From: an uncultured Enterobacteriaceae bacterium
Lineage (GTDB): Bacteria; Pseudomonadota; Gammaproteobacteria; Burkholderiales; SG8-39
Length of the DNA: 64,000 bases
Direction of reading: 5' to 3'
Assembly: GCA_964461055.1 (NCBI GenBank)
Contig: CAYWSG010000011.1
Coordinates: forward strand, 61-64,060
Each line of letters begins with the position of its first letter. Within the stretch, counting starts at the first letter, position 1. The position numbers and the translations under genes are program-made. Below, piece by piece: positions 9,960 through 19,855 of this stretch. The notes beneath the pieces are model-generated. The model was not told the DNA's origin. It worked only from the letters and a program-made list of their open reading frames with translations, and did no database searches.

Positions 9960-10111
9960 GATCCCTTTCTCAAGGCCTTCTTGTGGCGCCTCGCGAGTAG
10001 GACAACCTCGAGCGCGATTAGTGCGGCGCTCACCGCATAGGAGCCCCAGACGAAGAAGGCGTAGCCGCCCATGGCGAGGAACTCGCCACCTGCGGCGAAA
10101 AAATCCTTCAT
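9956..10111 (-). CDS. ccmD: Heme exporter protein CcmD
   Basis: 51-aa single-TM peptide ([45 protein letters not shown]...) between ccmC and ccmE, with ATGA overlaps on both sides. Confidence 0.85.
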   Translation of the reverse strand: MKDFFAAGGEFLAMGGYAFFVWGSYAVSAALIALEVVLLARRHKKALRKGS

Positions 10112-10815
10112 CGCGCACGCTCCAGGATCAGGCAGCGCACCCGCACCATGGCGGCCGCGATGCTGTAGAGCCAGAAGGCGAGTGCCATGACGAGCATCCC
10201 GGCGAGCATGGTGGCGGCCATGCTGGGCGCCCGGGTCAGGCTCACCGAGGCGCCCTGGTGCAGCGTGTTCCACCACTGGACGGAGAAATAGATGATCGGC
10301 ACGTTGACCACGCCCACCAGCGCGAGCACCGCGCCCGCGCGGTCGGCGCGGCGCTCGTCCTCGATCGAGGCCTTGAGCCCCATGAAGCCGAAGTAGAGGA
10401 AGAGCAGGATGAGCTCGGAGGTAAGCCGCGCGTCCCAGACCCAGTAGGTGCCCCAGGTGGGCTTGCCCCAGAGCGCGCCGGTCCAGAGCGCGATGAACGT
10501 GAAGAGCGCCCCGGTCGGCGCGAGCGCGCTCGCCATCATGCCCGAGAGGCGCGTGTTGAAGGCGAGGCCGACCGCTGCCCAGAACGCCATCACGACGTAC
10601 AGGAACATCGACATCCAGGCCGCCGGCACGTGGATGAAGATGATGCGGTAGGCCTCGCCCTGCTGGGCGTCGGTGGGGGCGACGAAAAAGCCGATGTAGA
10701 GCCCGATGGCCGCGAGCACCGCCGCCGCCGGCGCGCACCAGCCCGCGATCTTCCCAGCGAGCGGGAAGAACGTCTGCGGCGAGGCGTACCAGAACCACTT
10801 GATGGCTGTCGTCAT
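10108..10815 (-). CDS. ccmC: Heme exporter protein CcmC
   Basis: 235 aa with the [19 protein letters not shown] Trp-rich motif. Confidence 0.95.
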   Translation of the reverse strand: MTTAIKWFWYASPQTFFPLAGKIAGWCAPAAAVLAAIGLYIGFFVAPTDAQQGEAYRIIFIHVPAAWMSMFLYVVMAFWAAVGLAFNTRLSGMMASALAPTGALFTFIALWTGALWGKPTWGTYWVWDARLTSELILLFLYFGFMGLKASIEDERRADRAGAVLALVGVVNVPIIYFSVQWWNTLHQGASVSLTRAPSMAATMLAGMLVMALAFWLYSIAAAMVRVRCLILERAR

Positions 10816-10824
10816 GCGAGCGAG

Positions 10825-11493
10825 CTACTCCATCGAAATGCGCAGCGCCGCGGCGATGGCCCACGGCGCGAAGGCCGCCGCGCCCACGAGGGCGGCGGCG
10901 AGCAGCAGCAGCTGGCCGGCGGGCGAGAGTCCCGACGAGGCGAGCTCCACGCTGCCAGCGCCCATGATGAGGACCGGGATGTACAGCGGCAGGACGAGGA
11001 GCGAGAGCAGCATGCCGCCGCCCCGCAGGCCCAGCGTGAGCGCCGCGCCGATCGCGCCCACCATGCTGAGCACCGGCGTGCCCAGCGCCAATGATAAGGC
11101 AAGCGTGCCGTAGAGCGCCGGGGCGAGGTCGTACTGCAGGGCAATGAGCGGCGAGAGGAGCACGACCGGCAATCCCGCCACCAGCCAGTGGGCAAGCACC
11201 TTGGCCGCCGCGATGACCCCGAGCGGCGCGCCGCCGAGGAGCATCTGCTCGAGCGTGCCGTCGGCGTGGTCGCCGGCGAAGAGCCGCTCGAGCGAGAGCA
11301 TCGAGGCGAGAAGCGCCGCGACCCAGATCACCCCGGGCGCGATGGCGCGCAGGAGGTTCGGCTCCGCCCCCACCCCCAGCGGAAAAAGGCTCGTCACGAT
11401 GACGAAGAAGAGAAGCGCGATGCCCACGTCGCTCTTGCGACGCAGGGCGAGCAGCAGGTCGCGCTCCACCACCGCGCGTGCCACGCCGAGCAT
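10825..11493 (-). CDS. ccmB: Heme exporter permease CcmB
   Basis: The internal ATG (MLGVARAVVERDLLLALRRKSD...) shares one nt with the ccmA stop (TGATG). 222-aa multi-TM protein. Confidence 0.9.
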   Translation of the reverse strand: MLGVARAVVERDLLLALRRKSDVGIALLFFVIVTSLFPLGVGAEPNLLRAIAPGVIWVAALLASMLSLERLFAGDHADGTLEQMLLGGAPLGVIAAAKVLAHWLVAGLPVVLLSPLIALQYDLAPALYGTLALSLALGTPVLSMVGAIGAALTLGLRGGGMLLSLLVLPLYIPVLIMGAGSVELASSGLSPAGQLLLLAAALVGAAAFAPWAIAAALRISME

Positions 11494-12185
11494 CAGGCGC
11501 CTCCCCCGGGGGCGCCGCCCTCGCCCAGCGCGACCACGCGCGTGACCCCCGCATCGAGGCCGGAGGGCTGGTGCGTCGTGTAGGCGACCGCGCCGCCCGC
11601 GCCGAGGTGCGCCTGGATGAGCGCCTCCACGCGGCGCGCCGCGCCCGGGTCGAGGGCGGCGAAGGGCTCGTCGAGGAGCCACAGGACGGGCGGGCGCGGC
11701 AGCGCGAGCCGGGCGAGCGCCACGCGACGGCGCTGGCCCTGCGAAAGCTTCCTTACGGGCATGTCGGGATCGGGCAGCCCCAATTCTGCAAGCGCCTCGC
11801 GCACGGCCTGTTGATCTGCGTCATCCCCGGCGATCCGGCGGGCGAAGCGCAGGTTTTCCGCGGCGGTGAGGTCGTCCTTCAGCGCCGGCGCGTGCCCGAG
11901 GTAGAGGAGCTCGGCGGCGTAGGCCTCCCCGAGCTCGCCGATGGGCTCGCCGTTCCAGCGCACTTCGCCGGCCGCCGGCGCGAGAAGCCCGCAGAGGATG
12001 CGCAGCAGGCTCGTCTTGCCGCTGCCGTTGTCGCCCGCGATGCGCACGAGCTCCCCCGGCGCGAGCGCGAACGAGAGGTCGCGAAAGAGCGTGCGCCGCC
12101 CGCGGACGCACGCCAGGCCCGCAGCCTCCAGGGAGAATTTCGGGTGGCCGTTCGACGGGACCTGCGCCCGGGACTGCGCGAGCAT
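11493..12185 (-). CDS. ccmA: Heme ABC exporter ATP-binding protein CcmA
   Basis: Walker A GDNGSGKTS, signature LSQGQRRR, Walker B LWLLDEP. The ATG at 12185 shares one nt with the DUF2237 stop. Confidence 0.92.
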   Translation of the reverse strand: MLAQSRAQVPSNGHPKFSLEAAGLACVRGRRTLFRDLSFALAPGELVRIAGDNGSGKTSLLRILCGLLAPAAGEVRWNGEPIGELGEAYAAELLYLGHAPALKDDLTAAENLRFARRIAGDDADQQAVREALAELGLPDPDMPVRKLSQGQRRRVALARLALPRPPVLWLLDEPFAALDPGAARRVEALIQAHLGAGGAVAYTTHQPSGLDAGVTRVVALGEGGAPGGGA

Positions 12186-12574
12186 CAGTTGAGGTCGAGC
12201 GCGTGGCGCTTGAGCGCCGAGAGGGGCACGTAGCGCAGGACCGACTCGTGCGTCGACTCGAGCACCACGCGCGGCGCGCGCCCGGCCTCCCAGGCCTCGA
12301 TCCAGCGAAGCACGTGCAGGCACCACCGGTCGCCGTGCTTGAGCCCCCGGAAGCGAAGCTCCGGCCGGGGCGTGACGAGGTCGTTGCCGTGCTCGACGCT
12401 GAAGGCGAGGAACTCGTCGGTCACCTGCACGCACACGAGGTGCGCGACGCCGTCGTGCCCGTGGGTCGCGCAGCAGCCGTCGCGGAAGTAGCCGGTGAGC
12501 GGCGCGTAGCTGCACGCGCGAAGCTCGCCGCCCAGGACGTTGCGCTCGCCGCCGAGCACCTCCTTCTCGCTCAT
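12185..12574 (-). CDS. DUF2237 family protein
   Basis: 129 aa matching the DUF2237 pattern as I recall it (NVLGGELRACSYAPLTGYFRDGCCATHGHD...). The start overlaps the thrC stop (ATGA). Confidence 0.8.
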   Translation of the reverse strand: MSEKEVLGGERNVLGGELRACSYAPLTGYFRDGCCATHGHDGVAHLVCVQVTDEFLAFSVEHGNDLVTPRPELRFRGLKHGDRWCLHVLRWIEAWEAGRAPRVVLESTHESVLRYVPLSALKRHALDLN

Positions 12575-13971
12575 CGCGCGCGCGCCTCGATGATGCGCTT
12601 GAGCCGCTCGAGGTCGGCGGGAATCACCTCGAAGCGCTGCGGCCGCGACTCGAGGTCGGCGAGCTCGGCGGGGCGCTCGGGATCGCGCCCGAGCGCCTGG
12701 CGGATGGTGGCGGCGAACTTGACCGGCAGCGCCGTCTCGAGGCAGACGAGCGGCACGCCCGGCTCGCGGTGCTCGAGCCCCACCTTGACGCCGTCGGCGG
12801 TGTGCGGGTCGATGATCACGCCGTACTTCTCCGCCACGCGCCGGATGGTGGCGATGCGGTCGGCATGGGTGCTTCGCCCCGAGACGAACCCGGTCTCGGC
12901 CACCCGGGCGTAGAGCGGCGTGCCCGTAAGATCGAGCTCGCCCTCGGCCTCGAGGCGCCGCCAGAGCTCGCGCACCATGGCGCCGTCGCGCCCCGCGAGG
13001 TCGAGCACGTAGCGCTCGAAGTTCGAGGCCTTGGAGATGTCCATGGACGGACTCGTCGTCTCGCGCGCCGGCGTCTTCGTGTAGTAGCGGCCGGTGCGGA
13101 AGAAGCGGTCGAGGACGTCGTTCTCGTTGGCGGCAAGGATCAGGCGCCGGATGGGCAGCCCCATTGAGCGCGCCACGTGCCCGGCGTAGATGTTGCCGAA
13201 ATTGCCCGAGGGCACCGCGAACGAGACTTCCTCGCGGTCGGTCTGCGTGGCGGCGAAGTAGCCCTTGAAGTAGTAGACGACCTGGGCCGCGACGCGCGCC
13301 CAGTTGATGGAGTTGACGGCGCCGATGCGGTGGCGCGCCTTGAAGGCGGCGTCGGCGTTCACCTGCTTGACGAGGTCCTGGCAGTCGTCGAACACGCCCT
13401 GCACCGCGAGGTTATGGATGTTCTCGTCCTGCAGCGAGAACATCTGCGCGCGCTGGAAGGCGCTCATGCGGTTGTGCGGCGAGAGCATGAAGACCTGCAG
13501 GCGCGATTTTCCGCGCATCGCGTACTCGGCCGCGGAGCCCGTGTCGCCGGAGGTGGCGCCGAGGATGTTCAGCGTCTCGCCGCGGCGCTCGAGCGCGTCC
13601 TCGAAGAGCGCGCCGAGGAGCTGCAGCGCGATGTCCTTGAACGCGAGCGTCGGCCCGTTCGACAGGCCGAGCAGGTGCAGGCCCGGCTCGAGCGTGCGAA
13701 GCGGCGTGATCTCGGCGCTGCCGAAGATACGCGCGGTGTAGGTCGCCCGCACGATCCGCTCGAGGTCGGGCACGTCGTCCATGAACCGGGAAAGGATGGC
13801 GAGGGCGAGCTCCGGATAGGAAAGCCCCCGCAGCGAAGAAACGTCCAGGCGAGGATACGCTTCCGGCACATACAGCCCGCCGTCGGGGGCGAGGCCTTCG
13901 AGCAGGATCTCGCCGAAGCGCCGCGCCCCGGCCGCCCGCGGCCCCGCCGCGCGCGTCGAGACGTAGCGCAT
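12571..13971 (-). CDS. thrC: Threonine synthase
   Basis: The C-terminal 466 aa of ORF 12571..15228 start MRYVSTR..FGEILLEGLAPDGGLYVPE. The PLP-Lys region is GPTLAFKD. The ATG shares one nt with the hom stop. Confidence 0.95.
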   Translation of the reverse strand: MRYVSTRAAGPRAAGARRFGEILLEGLAPDGGLYVPEAYPRLDVSSLRGLSYPELALAILSRFMDDVPDLERIVRATYTARIFGSAEITPLRTLEPGLHLLGLSNGPTLAFKDIALQLLGALFEDALERRGETLNILGATSGDTGSAAEYAMRGKSRLQVFMLSPHNRMSAFQRAQMFSLQDENIHNLAVQGVFDDCQDLVKQVNADAAFKARHRIGAVNSINWARVAAQVVYYFKGYFAATQTDREEVSFAVPSGNFGNIYAGHVARSMGLPIRRLILAANENDVLDRFFRTGRYYTKTPARETTSPSMDISKASNFERYVLDLAGRDGAMVRELWRRLEAEGELDLTGTPLYARVAETGFVSGRSTHADRIATIRRVAEKYGVIIDPHTADGVKVGLEHREPGVPLVCLETALPVKFAATIRQALGRDPERPAELADLESRPQRFEVIPADLERLKRIIEARAR

Positions 13972-15287
13972 TACAGCAGCGACTCCAGCCGGATGCGAGT
14001 GACGGGCTCGACCACGGTGGGGAGCTTCTCGATCCGGGCGATGGCGCGGTCGACGTTCCTCTCGAGCGCGCGGTGGGTGACCATGACGATGTCCACGCTC
14101 GGCTCGCCGGCGCCCGCCTCCTTCTGCACCATCGCCTCGATGGAGATCTTCGACTCGGCGAGGATGCGGGTGATGCGCGAGAGCACGCCCGGCTTGTCGA
14201 GCACGCGCATGCGCAGGTAGCAGCAGGTGACGACCTCGTCCATCGGCAGGATCGGCGCGTCGGAGAGGCTGTCGGGCTGGAAGGCGAGGTGCGGAACCCG
14301 GTGCTCCGGGTCCGCCGTGATGAGCCGCGTGACGTCCACGAGGTCGGCGACCACGGCGCTCGCCGTGGGCAGGCTGCCTGCCCCCGCGCCGTAGTAGAGC
14401 GTCGCGCCGACGGCGTCGCCTTTCACGAGGATCGCGTTCATGACGCCCTCGACGTTGGCGATGAGCCGCCGCACCGGCACGAGCGTCGGATGCACGCGAA
14501 GCTCGATCCCCTTGCCCGTGTTCTTCGTGATGCCGAGGAGCTTGATGCGGTAGCCGAGCTCCTCGGCGTAGGCGATGTCGGCGCTCGTGAGCGCCTGGAT
14601 TCCCTCGGTGGAGCACTTGCCGAACTGCATGGGGGTGCCGAAGGCGAGCGCCGAGAGGATGGTGAGCTTGTGCGCCGCGTCGACGCCCGCGATGTCGAAG
14701 GTCGGGTCCGCCTCGGCGTAGCCGCGCTTCTGGGCATCGGCAAGCGCCTCGGCAAACGAGATCCCCTTGTCGCGCATCTCCGACAGGATGAAGTTGGAGG
14801 TGCCGTTGATGATGCCGGCGATCCACTCGATGCGGTTGGCGGTGAGCCCTTCGCGCAGGGCCTTGATGATCGGCACCCCGCCGGCGACGGCCGCCTCGAA
14901 GGCGACCATGACGCCCTTCTTCCGCGCGGCGGCGAAAATCGCGTTCCCGTGCCGGGCGAGCAGCGCCTTGTTGGCCGTGACGACGTGCTTCCCCTGGCGG
15001 ATCGCCTCCATGACGAGCTCGCGCGCAACCGTCGTGCCGCCAATCAGCTCGACGACGATCTCGACGTCCGGCGCACGCACCACCTGGAAGGCGTCGGCGC
15101 TCACGGCCGCCTTGCCTTTCACCAGCTTGCGGGCTTTCCGGAGGTCCTTGTCCGCGACCCGGACGATGCGGATGGCGCGCCCGGCGCGGCGCCGGATCTC
15201 GTCGCCGTTGCGGGCGAGCACTTCCCACGTGCCGCCGCCGACCGTCCCGATGCCGAGGAGGCCCACGTTGATCGGTTTCATCTTCAT
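13971..15287 (-). CDS. hom: Homoserine dehydrogenase
   Basis: [22 protein letters not shown]-binding N-terminus and a C-terminal ACT-like region. Start at 15287 (ATGA overlap with the GNAT stop) or at 15281. Confidence 0.93.
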   Translation of the reverse strand: MKMKPINVGLLGIGTVGGGTWEVLARNGDEIRRRAGRAIRIVRVADKDLRKARKLVKGKAAVSADAFQVVRAPDVEIVVELIGGTTVARELVMEAIRQGKHVVTANKALLARHGNAIFAAARKKGVMVAFEAAVAGGVPIIKALREGLTANRIEWIAGIINGTSNFILSEMRDKGISFAEALADAQKRGYAEADPTFDIAGVDAAHKLTILSALAFGTPMQFGKCSTEGIQALTSADIAYAEELGYRIKLLGITKNTGKGIELRVHPTLVPVRRLIANVEGVMNAILVKGDAVGATLYYGAGAGSLPTASAVVADLVDVTRLITADPEHRVPHLAFQPDSLSDAPILPMDEVVTCCYLRMRVLDKPGVLSRITRILAESKISIEAMVQKEAGAGEPSVDIVMVTHRALERNVDRAIARIEKLPTVVEPVTRIRLESLL

Positions 15288-15883
15288 TGTTCTTGGTTGC
15301 GCTGGAGCCGCAGCTCGAGGTAGCGGCGCACCGACGGCCATTCGGTGGCGAGCACGCTGTACAGGACGGTGTCGCGGACGCTCCCGTCGCGCCGCGGCGC
15401 GTGGTGGCGGATGACCCCGTCCTTCTTCGCGCCCAGGGCCTCGATGGCGCGCTGCGAGCGGAAGTTGAAATTGTCGGTCCGCAGGCCGATCACCTTGCAG
15501 CCCAGCGCCTCGAAGCCGTGGGTGAAGAGCAGCAGCTTGCAGGCGGTGTTGACGTGCGTGCGCTGGCAGCGCTGCGCATACCAGGTATAGCCGATCTCGA
15601 CCCGGTCGATGGCGGGCACGATGTCGTGGTAGCGCGTGCTGCCGACGATGGCGCCGCTCTTCAGGTCGCGAACCGCCCAGGGCAGCATGTCGCCGCGCTG
15701 CTGGCCTTTCAGCGCATCTTCGATGTAGCTCGCGGTCTTCTGCGGCTCCGGCACCGACGTGTAGAAGAGCTCCCAGAGCCGGCCGTCCGCGGCCGCAGCG
15801 GCGAGGCCGTCGTGGTGGTCCTTCGAGAGGGGCTCCAGCCGCACGCCATGGCCTTCCAGCGTGGCTGGCGCAACCCGGATCAA
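15284..15883 (-). CDS. GNAT family N-acetyltransferase (RimJ/RimL-like)
   Basis: The C-terminal about 199 aa of ORF 15284..16549 carry the GNAT core ([34 protein letters not shown]). There is no in-frame ATG. A TTG at 15883 overlaps the aminotransferase stop (TTGA). Confidence 0.75.
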   Translation of the reverse strand: MIRVAPATLEGHGVRLEPLSKDHHDGLAAAAADGRLWELFYTSVPEPQKTASYIEDALKGQQRGDMLPWAVRDLKSGAIVGSTRYHDIVPAIDRVEIGYTWYAQRCQRTHVNTACKLLLFTHGFEALGCKVIGLRTDNFNFRSQRAIEALGAKKDGVIRHHAPRRDGSVRDTVLYSVLATEWPSVRRYLELRLQRNQEQ

Positions 15884-17106
15884 GCGGCTCCCCGCAGCAG
15901 GCCGTCCTTGCGGAACATGTCGCGCAGGCCCCTGGCGGCCTGGCGCAGCCGGTGCTCGTTCTCGATGAGCGCGATGCGCACGTGCTCGTCGCCGTAGTCG
16001 CCGAAGCCGATGCCCGGCGAGACGGCGATCTTCGCCTCCTGCAGGCACCGCTTGGCGAACTCGAGCGACCCGAGCTTCGCGTAGTACTCCGGGATCTTCG
16101 CCCAGATGTACATGGAGGCGCGCGGCCTTTCGACCATCCAGCCGAGGTCGTGCAGCGCCTTCACCATCACGTCGCGGCGCTTCTGGTAGGTCTGGCGGAT
16201 GGCGGCGACGCAGTCCTGCGGCCCCTCGAGCGCGACGATGGAGGCGACCTGGATGGGCGCGAAGGTGCCGTAGTCGTGGTAGCTCTTCATGCGCGCGAGC
16301 GCCTGCACCATGTCGCGGTTGCCGACCATGAAGCCCACGCGCCAGCCCGCCATGTTGTAGCTCTTCGACATAGTGAAGAACTCGACGGCCACCTCGCGCG
16401 CGCCCGGCACCTGCATGATCGAGGGCGCGCAATCGTTCGGCCAGGTGCCGTCGAAGACGATGTCGGCGTAGGCGAGGTCGTGGACGACGAGGATGTCGTG
16501 CGCCTTCGCGACGGCGACCACGCGCTCGAAGAAGGAGAGGTCGACGCACATCGCCGTCGGGTTGGAGGGAAAGCCGATGACCAGCATCTTGGGCTTCGGC
16601 GTGAGCTCGCGGATGGCGCGCTCGAGCTCCTCGAAGAAGTCGACCTCCGGCGTCATGCGCACCGAGCGGATGTCGGCGCCAGCGATGATGGCGCCGTAGA
16701 TGTGGATCGGATAGGACGGATTGGGAACCAGCACCGTGTCGCCGCGCTCCAGGCAGGCGAGCATGAGGTGCGCGAGCCCTTCCTTCGAGCCGATCGTGAC
16801 GATCGCCTCGCTGTCGTGGTCGAACTCGACGCCGTAGCGGCGCCGGTACCAGTCGCAGATCGCCTTGCGCAGTCGCGGGATGCCCTTGGAGACGGAGTAG
16901 CCGTGCGTATCCTGGCGCTGCGCGGCCTCGACCAGCTTGTCGACAATGTGCCGCGGCGTCGGGCCGTCGGGGTTGCCCATCGACAGGTCGACGATGTCCT
17001 CGCCGCGGCGCCGCGCCGCCATCTTCAGCTCGTTGGTGATGTTGAAGACGTACGGCGGAAGCCGCGTGATCCGGGGAAACTCCTTAGTTCTTGAATAATC
17101 ACGCAT
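15880..17106 (-). CDS. Class I/II PLP-dependent aminotransferase (AlaC-like alanine transaminase)
   Basis: 408 aa with [14 protein letters not shown] and [12 protein letters not shown] (PLP-Lys) motifs. This is the conserved position upstream of hom-thrC. Confidence 0.88.
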   Translation of the reverse strand: MRDYSRTKEFPRITRLPPYVFNITNELKMAARRRGEDIVDLSMGNPDGPTPRHIVDKLVEAAQRQDTHGYSVSKGIPRLRKAICDWYRRRYGVEFDHDSEAIVTIGSKEGLAHLMLACLERGDTVLVPNPSYPIHIYGAIIAGADIRSVRMTPEVDFFEELERAIRELTPKPKMLVIGFPSNPTAMCVDLSFFERVVAVAKAHDILVVHDLAYADIVFDGTWPNDCAPSIMQVPGAREVAVEFFTMSKSYNMAGWRVGFMVGNRDMVQALARMKSYHDYGTFAPIQVASIVALEGPQDCVAAIRQTYQKRRDVMVKALHDLGWMVERPRASMYIWAKIPEYYAKLGSLEFAKRCLQEAKIAVSPGIGFGDYGDEHVRIALIENEHRLRQAARGLRDMFRKDGLLRGAA

Positions 17107-17108
17107 TG

Positions 17109-17118
17109 TAGAATTCTA
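17109..17118. promoter_or_regulatory. Perfect palindrome TAGAATTCTA, giving back-to-back -10-like hexamers between divergent start codons
   Basis: Reads TAGAAT on both strands. On each side exactly 6 nt lie between the hexamer and the start codon (ATG 17106 minus, GTG 17121 plus). Confidence 0.35.
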
Positions 17119-17120
17119 TC

Positions 17121-17489
17121 GTGAAACTCCACGCCGCCGGCCCCAGCCCCTACAACACGATCACCGCCTACGGCGAGGATTACGTGCAGGTGAAGGAGCG
17201 GCGCTACGGCTCGAGCGTCATCGTCACGGCCGAGGCGGTCCTCGACTGGGAGGTCGCCGAGTTCGCCGCGATGACGGCCGAGGCGCTCGAGGGCCTGAAG
17301 GCCCTTGGCCCCGAAATCGTGCTCCTCGGCACCGGCCCCACGCAGCGCTTCCCCCACCCCCGCCTCACCGCGCCGCTTGCCGCGGCCGGGATCGGCGTCG
17401 AGGTCATGGACCTGAAGGCGGCCTGCCGGACCTACAACATCCTCGTGGCGGAAGAGCGCAAGGTCGCGCTGGCGCTGCTTTTCAAGTAG
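17121..17489 (+). CDS. Mth938-like (DUF498) domain protein
   Basis: 122 aa with a GTG start and the typical C-terminal block GIGVEVMDLKAACRTYNILVAEERKVALALL. Confidence 0.8.
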   Translation: MKLHAAGPSPYNTITAYGEDYVQVKERRYGSSVIVTAEAVLDWEVAEFAAMTAEALEGLKALGPEIVLLGTGPTQRFPHPRLTAPLAAAGIGVEVMDLKAACRTYNILVAEERKVALALLFK

Positions 17490-17530
17490 AACCCCAGGGG
17501 CCAGACCCAGAAGAAAGCGCAGGAGGGCCC

Positions 17531-18418
17531 ATGTCGAAGCTGTTTCCGTCGTTCTCGGAACGCAAGATCCGCACGCGCGGCGCCACGATCCACCTCGAGA
17601 TGGGCGGCGAGGGACCGCCGGTCCTCCTCCTGCACGGCTATCCCGAAACGCACGCGATGTGGCACAAGGTGGCCCCGCCGCTTGCGCGCGAGTACGCCGT
17701 GGTGTGCCCCGACCTGCGCGGCTACGGCGACTCCTCCAAGCCCCGCGGCCTGCCCGACCACAGCAACTATTCCAAGCGCGCCATGGCGAACGACATGGTG
17801 GAGGTCATGCGCAAGCTCGGGTTCGACCGCTTCCACGTAGTCGGCCACGACCGCGGCGCGCGGGTCGCGCACCGCATGGCGCGCGACCACGGCGAGCGTG
17901 TGCGCACCCTCACCGTGCTCGACATCTCCCCCACGCTCAAGATGTACCAGAGCACGAACCTGCAGTTCGCCAAGGCCTACTGGCACTGGTTCTTCCTCGT
18001 GCAGGAGGCGCCGCTGCCGGAGAAGATGCTGCAGGGCCACGTGCCCTGGTACATCCTCGCCCGGCTCGGGCGGGGCAAGAGCGGCCTCAAGCACTTCGAC
18101 AAGCGGGCGCTCGCGGAGTACACCCGCGCCTTCCGGGATCCGCGCACCATCCACGCCACCTGCGAGGATTACCGCGCCGCGGCCACCATCGACCTCATCC
18201 ACGACCGGCAGGACCTGCGCAAGAAAATCCGCATGCCGGTGCTCGCCCTCTGGGGCCGGCAGGGCGTCATCGAGGCGCTCTTCGACTGCCTTGCCGACTG
18301 GCGCGAGGTCGCCACCGACGTGCGCGGGCGCGCCCTCGCCTGCGGACACTTCATCCCCGAGGAGAAGCCCCGCGAGCTTCTCGCCGAGCTGCGCCGCTTC
18401 CTTTCTGCAGCTCGCTAG
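17531..18418 (+). CDS. Alpha/beta hydrolase, haloacetate dehalogenase/epoxide hydrolase-like
   Basis: 295 aa with LLLHGYPETHAMW and an Asp-nucleophile elbow (HVVGHDRGARV). GGAGGG SD upstream. Confidence 0.85.
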   Translation: MSKLFPSFSERKIRTRGATIHLEMGGEGPPVLLLHGYPETHAMWHKVAPPLAREYAVVCPDLRGYGDSSKPRGLPDHSNYSKRAMANDMVEVMRKLGFDRFHVVGHDRGARVAHRMARDHGERVRTLTVLDISPTLKMYQSTNLQFAKAYWHWFFLVQEAPLPEKMLQGHVPWYILARLGRGKSGLKHFDKRALAEYTRAFRDPRTIHATCEDYRAAATIDLIHDRQDLRKKIRMPVLALWGRQGVIEALFDCLADWREVATDVRGRALACGHFIPEEKPRELLAELRRFLSAAR

Positions 18419-19683
18419 GGCGCGTCGTCTCGCCCGCCGGGGTCCGAGGCGGCGGGCAGTCGAAGGGTAAAGCGCGCCCCGCGGCCCGGCTCGGAGAGCA
18501 CCTTCAGGTCGCCGCCGTGGAGCACGGCGATGCGCTTGGCAAGGAAAAGGCCGAGCCCGAGGCCCGCGCGGCGGCCGGGCCGGCTGGAATAGAAGCGGTC
18601 GAACACGAAGGGCAGAATCTCCGCCGGAATGCCTGGGCCCTGGTCGATCACCTCGACGAGCGCGGTCTCGACGCCGTTCGCCTGGCGCTCCCGCAGGACC
18701 GTCACCGCGACCTCGGCGCGGTCGGGCGACTTCTGCACCGCGTTGGCGACAATGTTTTCCAGGCATTGGCGAAGCCGCGAGGCGTCGCCCGAAACGAGGA
18801 TCGCCCCCTCCGACTGCGTCGAGACGTGCACCGGATGCTCGGGCGTCGCGAGCATTCCCGCGCACTCGCGCACGAGGCCCGTCAGGTCGAGCACCGCCGG
18901 GCGCAGCTCGAACACGCCCGCGTCGAGGCGAGCGACGTCGAGGAGATCGTTGACGAGGCCGTCCAGGCGGCCGAGCGAGCGGTAGATCACCGCCATGTCG
19001 GCGAGGTCGCCGTCGCGCTCCTCGTGCTCGGCGCGCCGGCGCAGGAGCTCCAGGCGCAGCCCGATGGGCGCCAGGTGGTTGCGCAGGTCGTGCGCGAGCA
19101 CGGTCACCAGCTCCTCGGCCCCCGCGCGCCGGCCCTGCTCGGCCGCATTGCGGCGGATCTCCTCCGAAAGCTCCGCGCGATGCACCACCATGCCGACCCA
19201 GCGCCCGACGGTCTCGAGCATCCGGGCGTCCTCCGCCGTGAAATGGTCCGGCTTCTGCGAGGCGGCCATCAGCATGCCGCGGCGCTCGCCGCCGACGTCG
19301 AGGGGCACGCCGATCTCCGACTTCACGCCGAGCGCTTCGCGGATGCCCTTCACCTCCTCCGGATCCGCGTCCACCCGGCCGCTGTAGTACGTCCGGCCCG
19401 TCCGGAAAACCTCGACCGTGCGGCCTGCGTTCGAGAGCGGCAGCACGTCGAGGCCGAGCTTGCGCTGCAGCGCCGAGAGCGGCTGCGTGCTCGTGCCGAG
19501 CGCCACAAGCGAGTCCCGGGCAGCGTCATACAGGAACGCATCGACCTTGTCCGCCCCGCTCGCCGCGGCGATGAGGTCGCAGACCTGCGTCAGCGTGGCC
19601 CCCTGGTCTCCCGCCGGGATGCGCAGCAGTCCTTCGAGCACCTGGAGCATCCGCTGGGGCACGCTTGGGCCGGGCGCATCCAT
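18415..19683 (-). CDS. GAF-domain sensor histidine kinase (no adjacent response regulator)
   Basis: 422 aa with an N-terminal GAF-like region, the H-box LAHDLRNHLAPI, and G-boxes DQGPGI and GLGLGLFLAKRI. Confidence 0.88.
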   Translation of the reverse strand: MDAPGPSVPQRMLQVLEGLLRIPAGDQGATLTQVCDLIAAASGADKVDAFLYDAARDSLVALGTSTQPLSALQRKLGLDVLPLSNAGRTVEVFRTGRTYYSGRVDADPEEVKGIREALGVKSEIGVPLDVGGERRGMLMAASQKPDHFTAEDARMLETVGRWVGMVVHRAELSEEIRRNAAEQGRRAGAEELVTVLAHDLRNHLAPIGLRLELLRRRAEHEERDGDLADMAVIYRSLGRLDGLVNDLLDVARLDAGVFELRPAVLDLTGLVRECAGMLATPEHPVHVSTQSEGAILVSGDASRLRQCLENIVANAVQKSPDRAEVAVTVLRERQANGVETALVEVIDQGPGIPAEILPFVFDRFYSSRPGRRAGLGLGLFLAKRIAVLHGGDLKVLSEPGRGARFTLRLPAASDPGGRDDAP

Positions 19684-19780
19684 TCCGACCCGGCAGCAAA
19701 GCGCGCGCCGACCGGCGGGGCCACGCGCTTGACCATATTGTCCTTTGGCATCAGGCCCCTAGCCGCTTGAAAAAAGGTGC

Positions 19781-19809
19781 TTGCGGCTCCATCTGAAAAC
19801 ATGTTCAAT
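19781..19809 (+). promoter_or_regulatory. Putative sigma70-type promoter for bcp
   Basis: TTGCGG, 17 nt, TTCAAT, ending about 46 nt upstream of the bcp ATG. Motif match only. Confidence 0.25.
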
Positions 19810-19855
19810 GAAGACGTTACGAAGCATTGCTAAGAAGGGTCTCTAGAACCTCTCG

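Noticed and set aside
12571-15228. Apparent giant fusion ORFs such as 12571..15228 (885 aa), 38468..40756 (762 aa), 7037..9403 (788 aa), 31002..33044 and 32213..34300.
   Set aside because: Only the C-terminal portions match real proteins (ThrC, FolE2, CcmG, ArgF, ArgG). The N-terminal extensions are out-of-frame read-through of the upstream gene. Internal starts overlapping the upstream stop codons give normal-length proteins.
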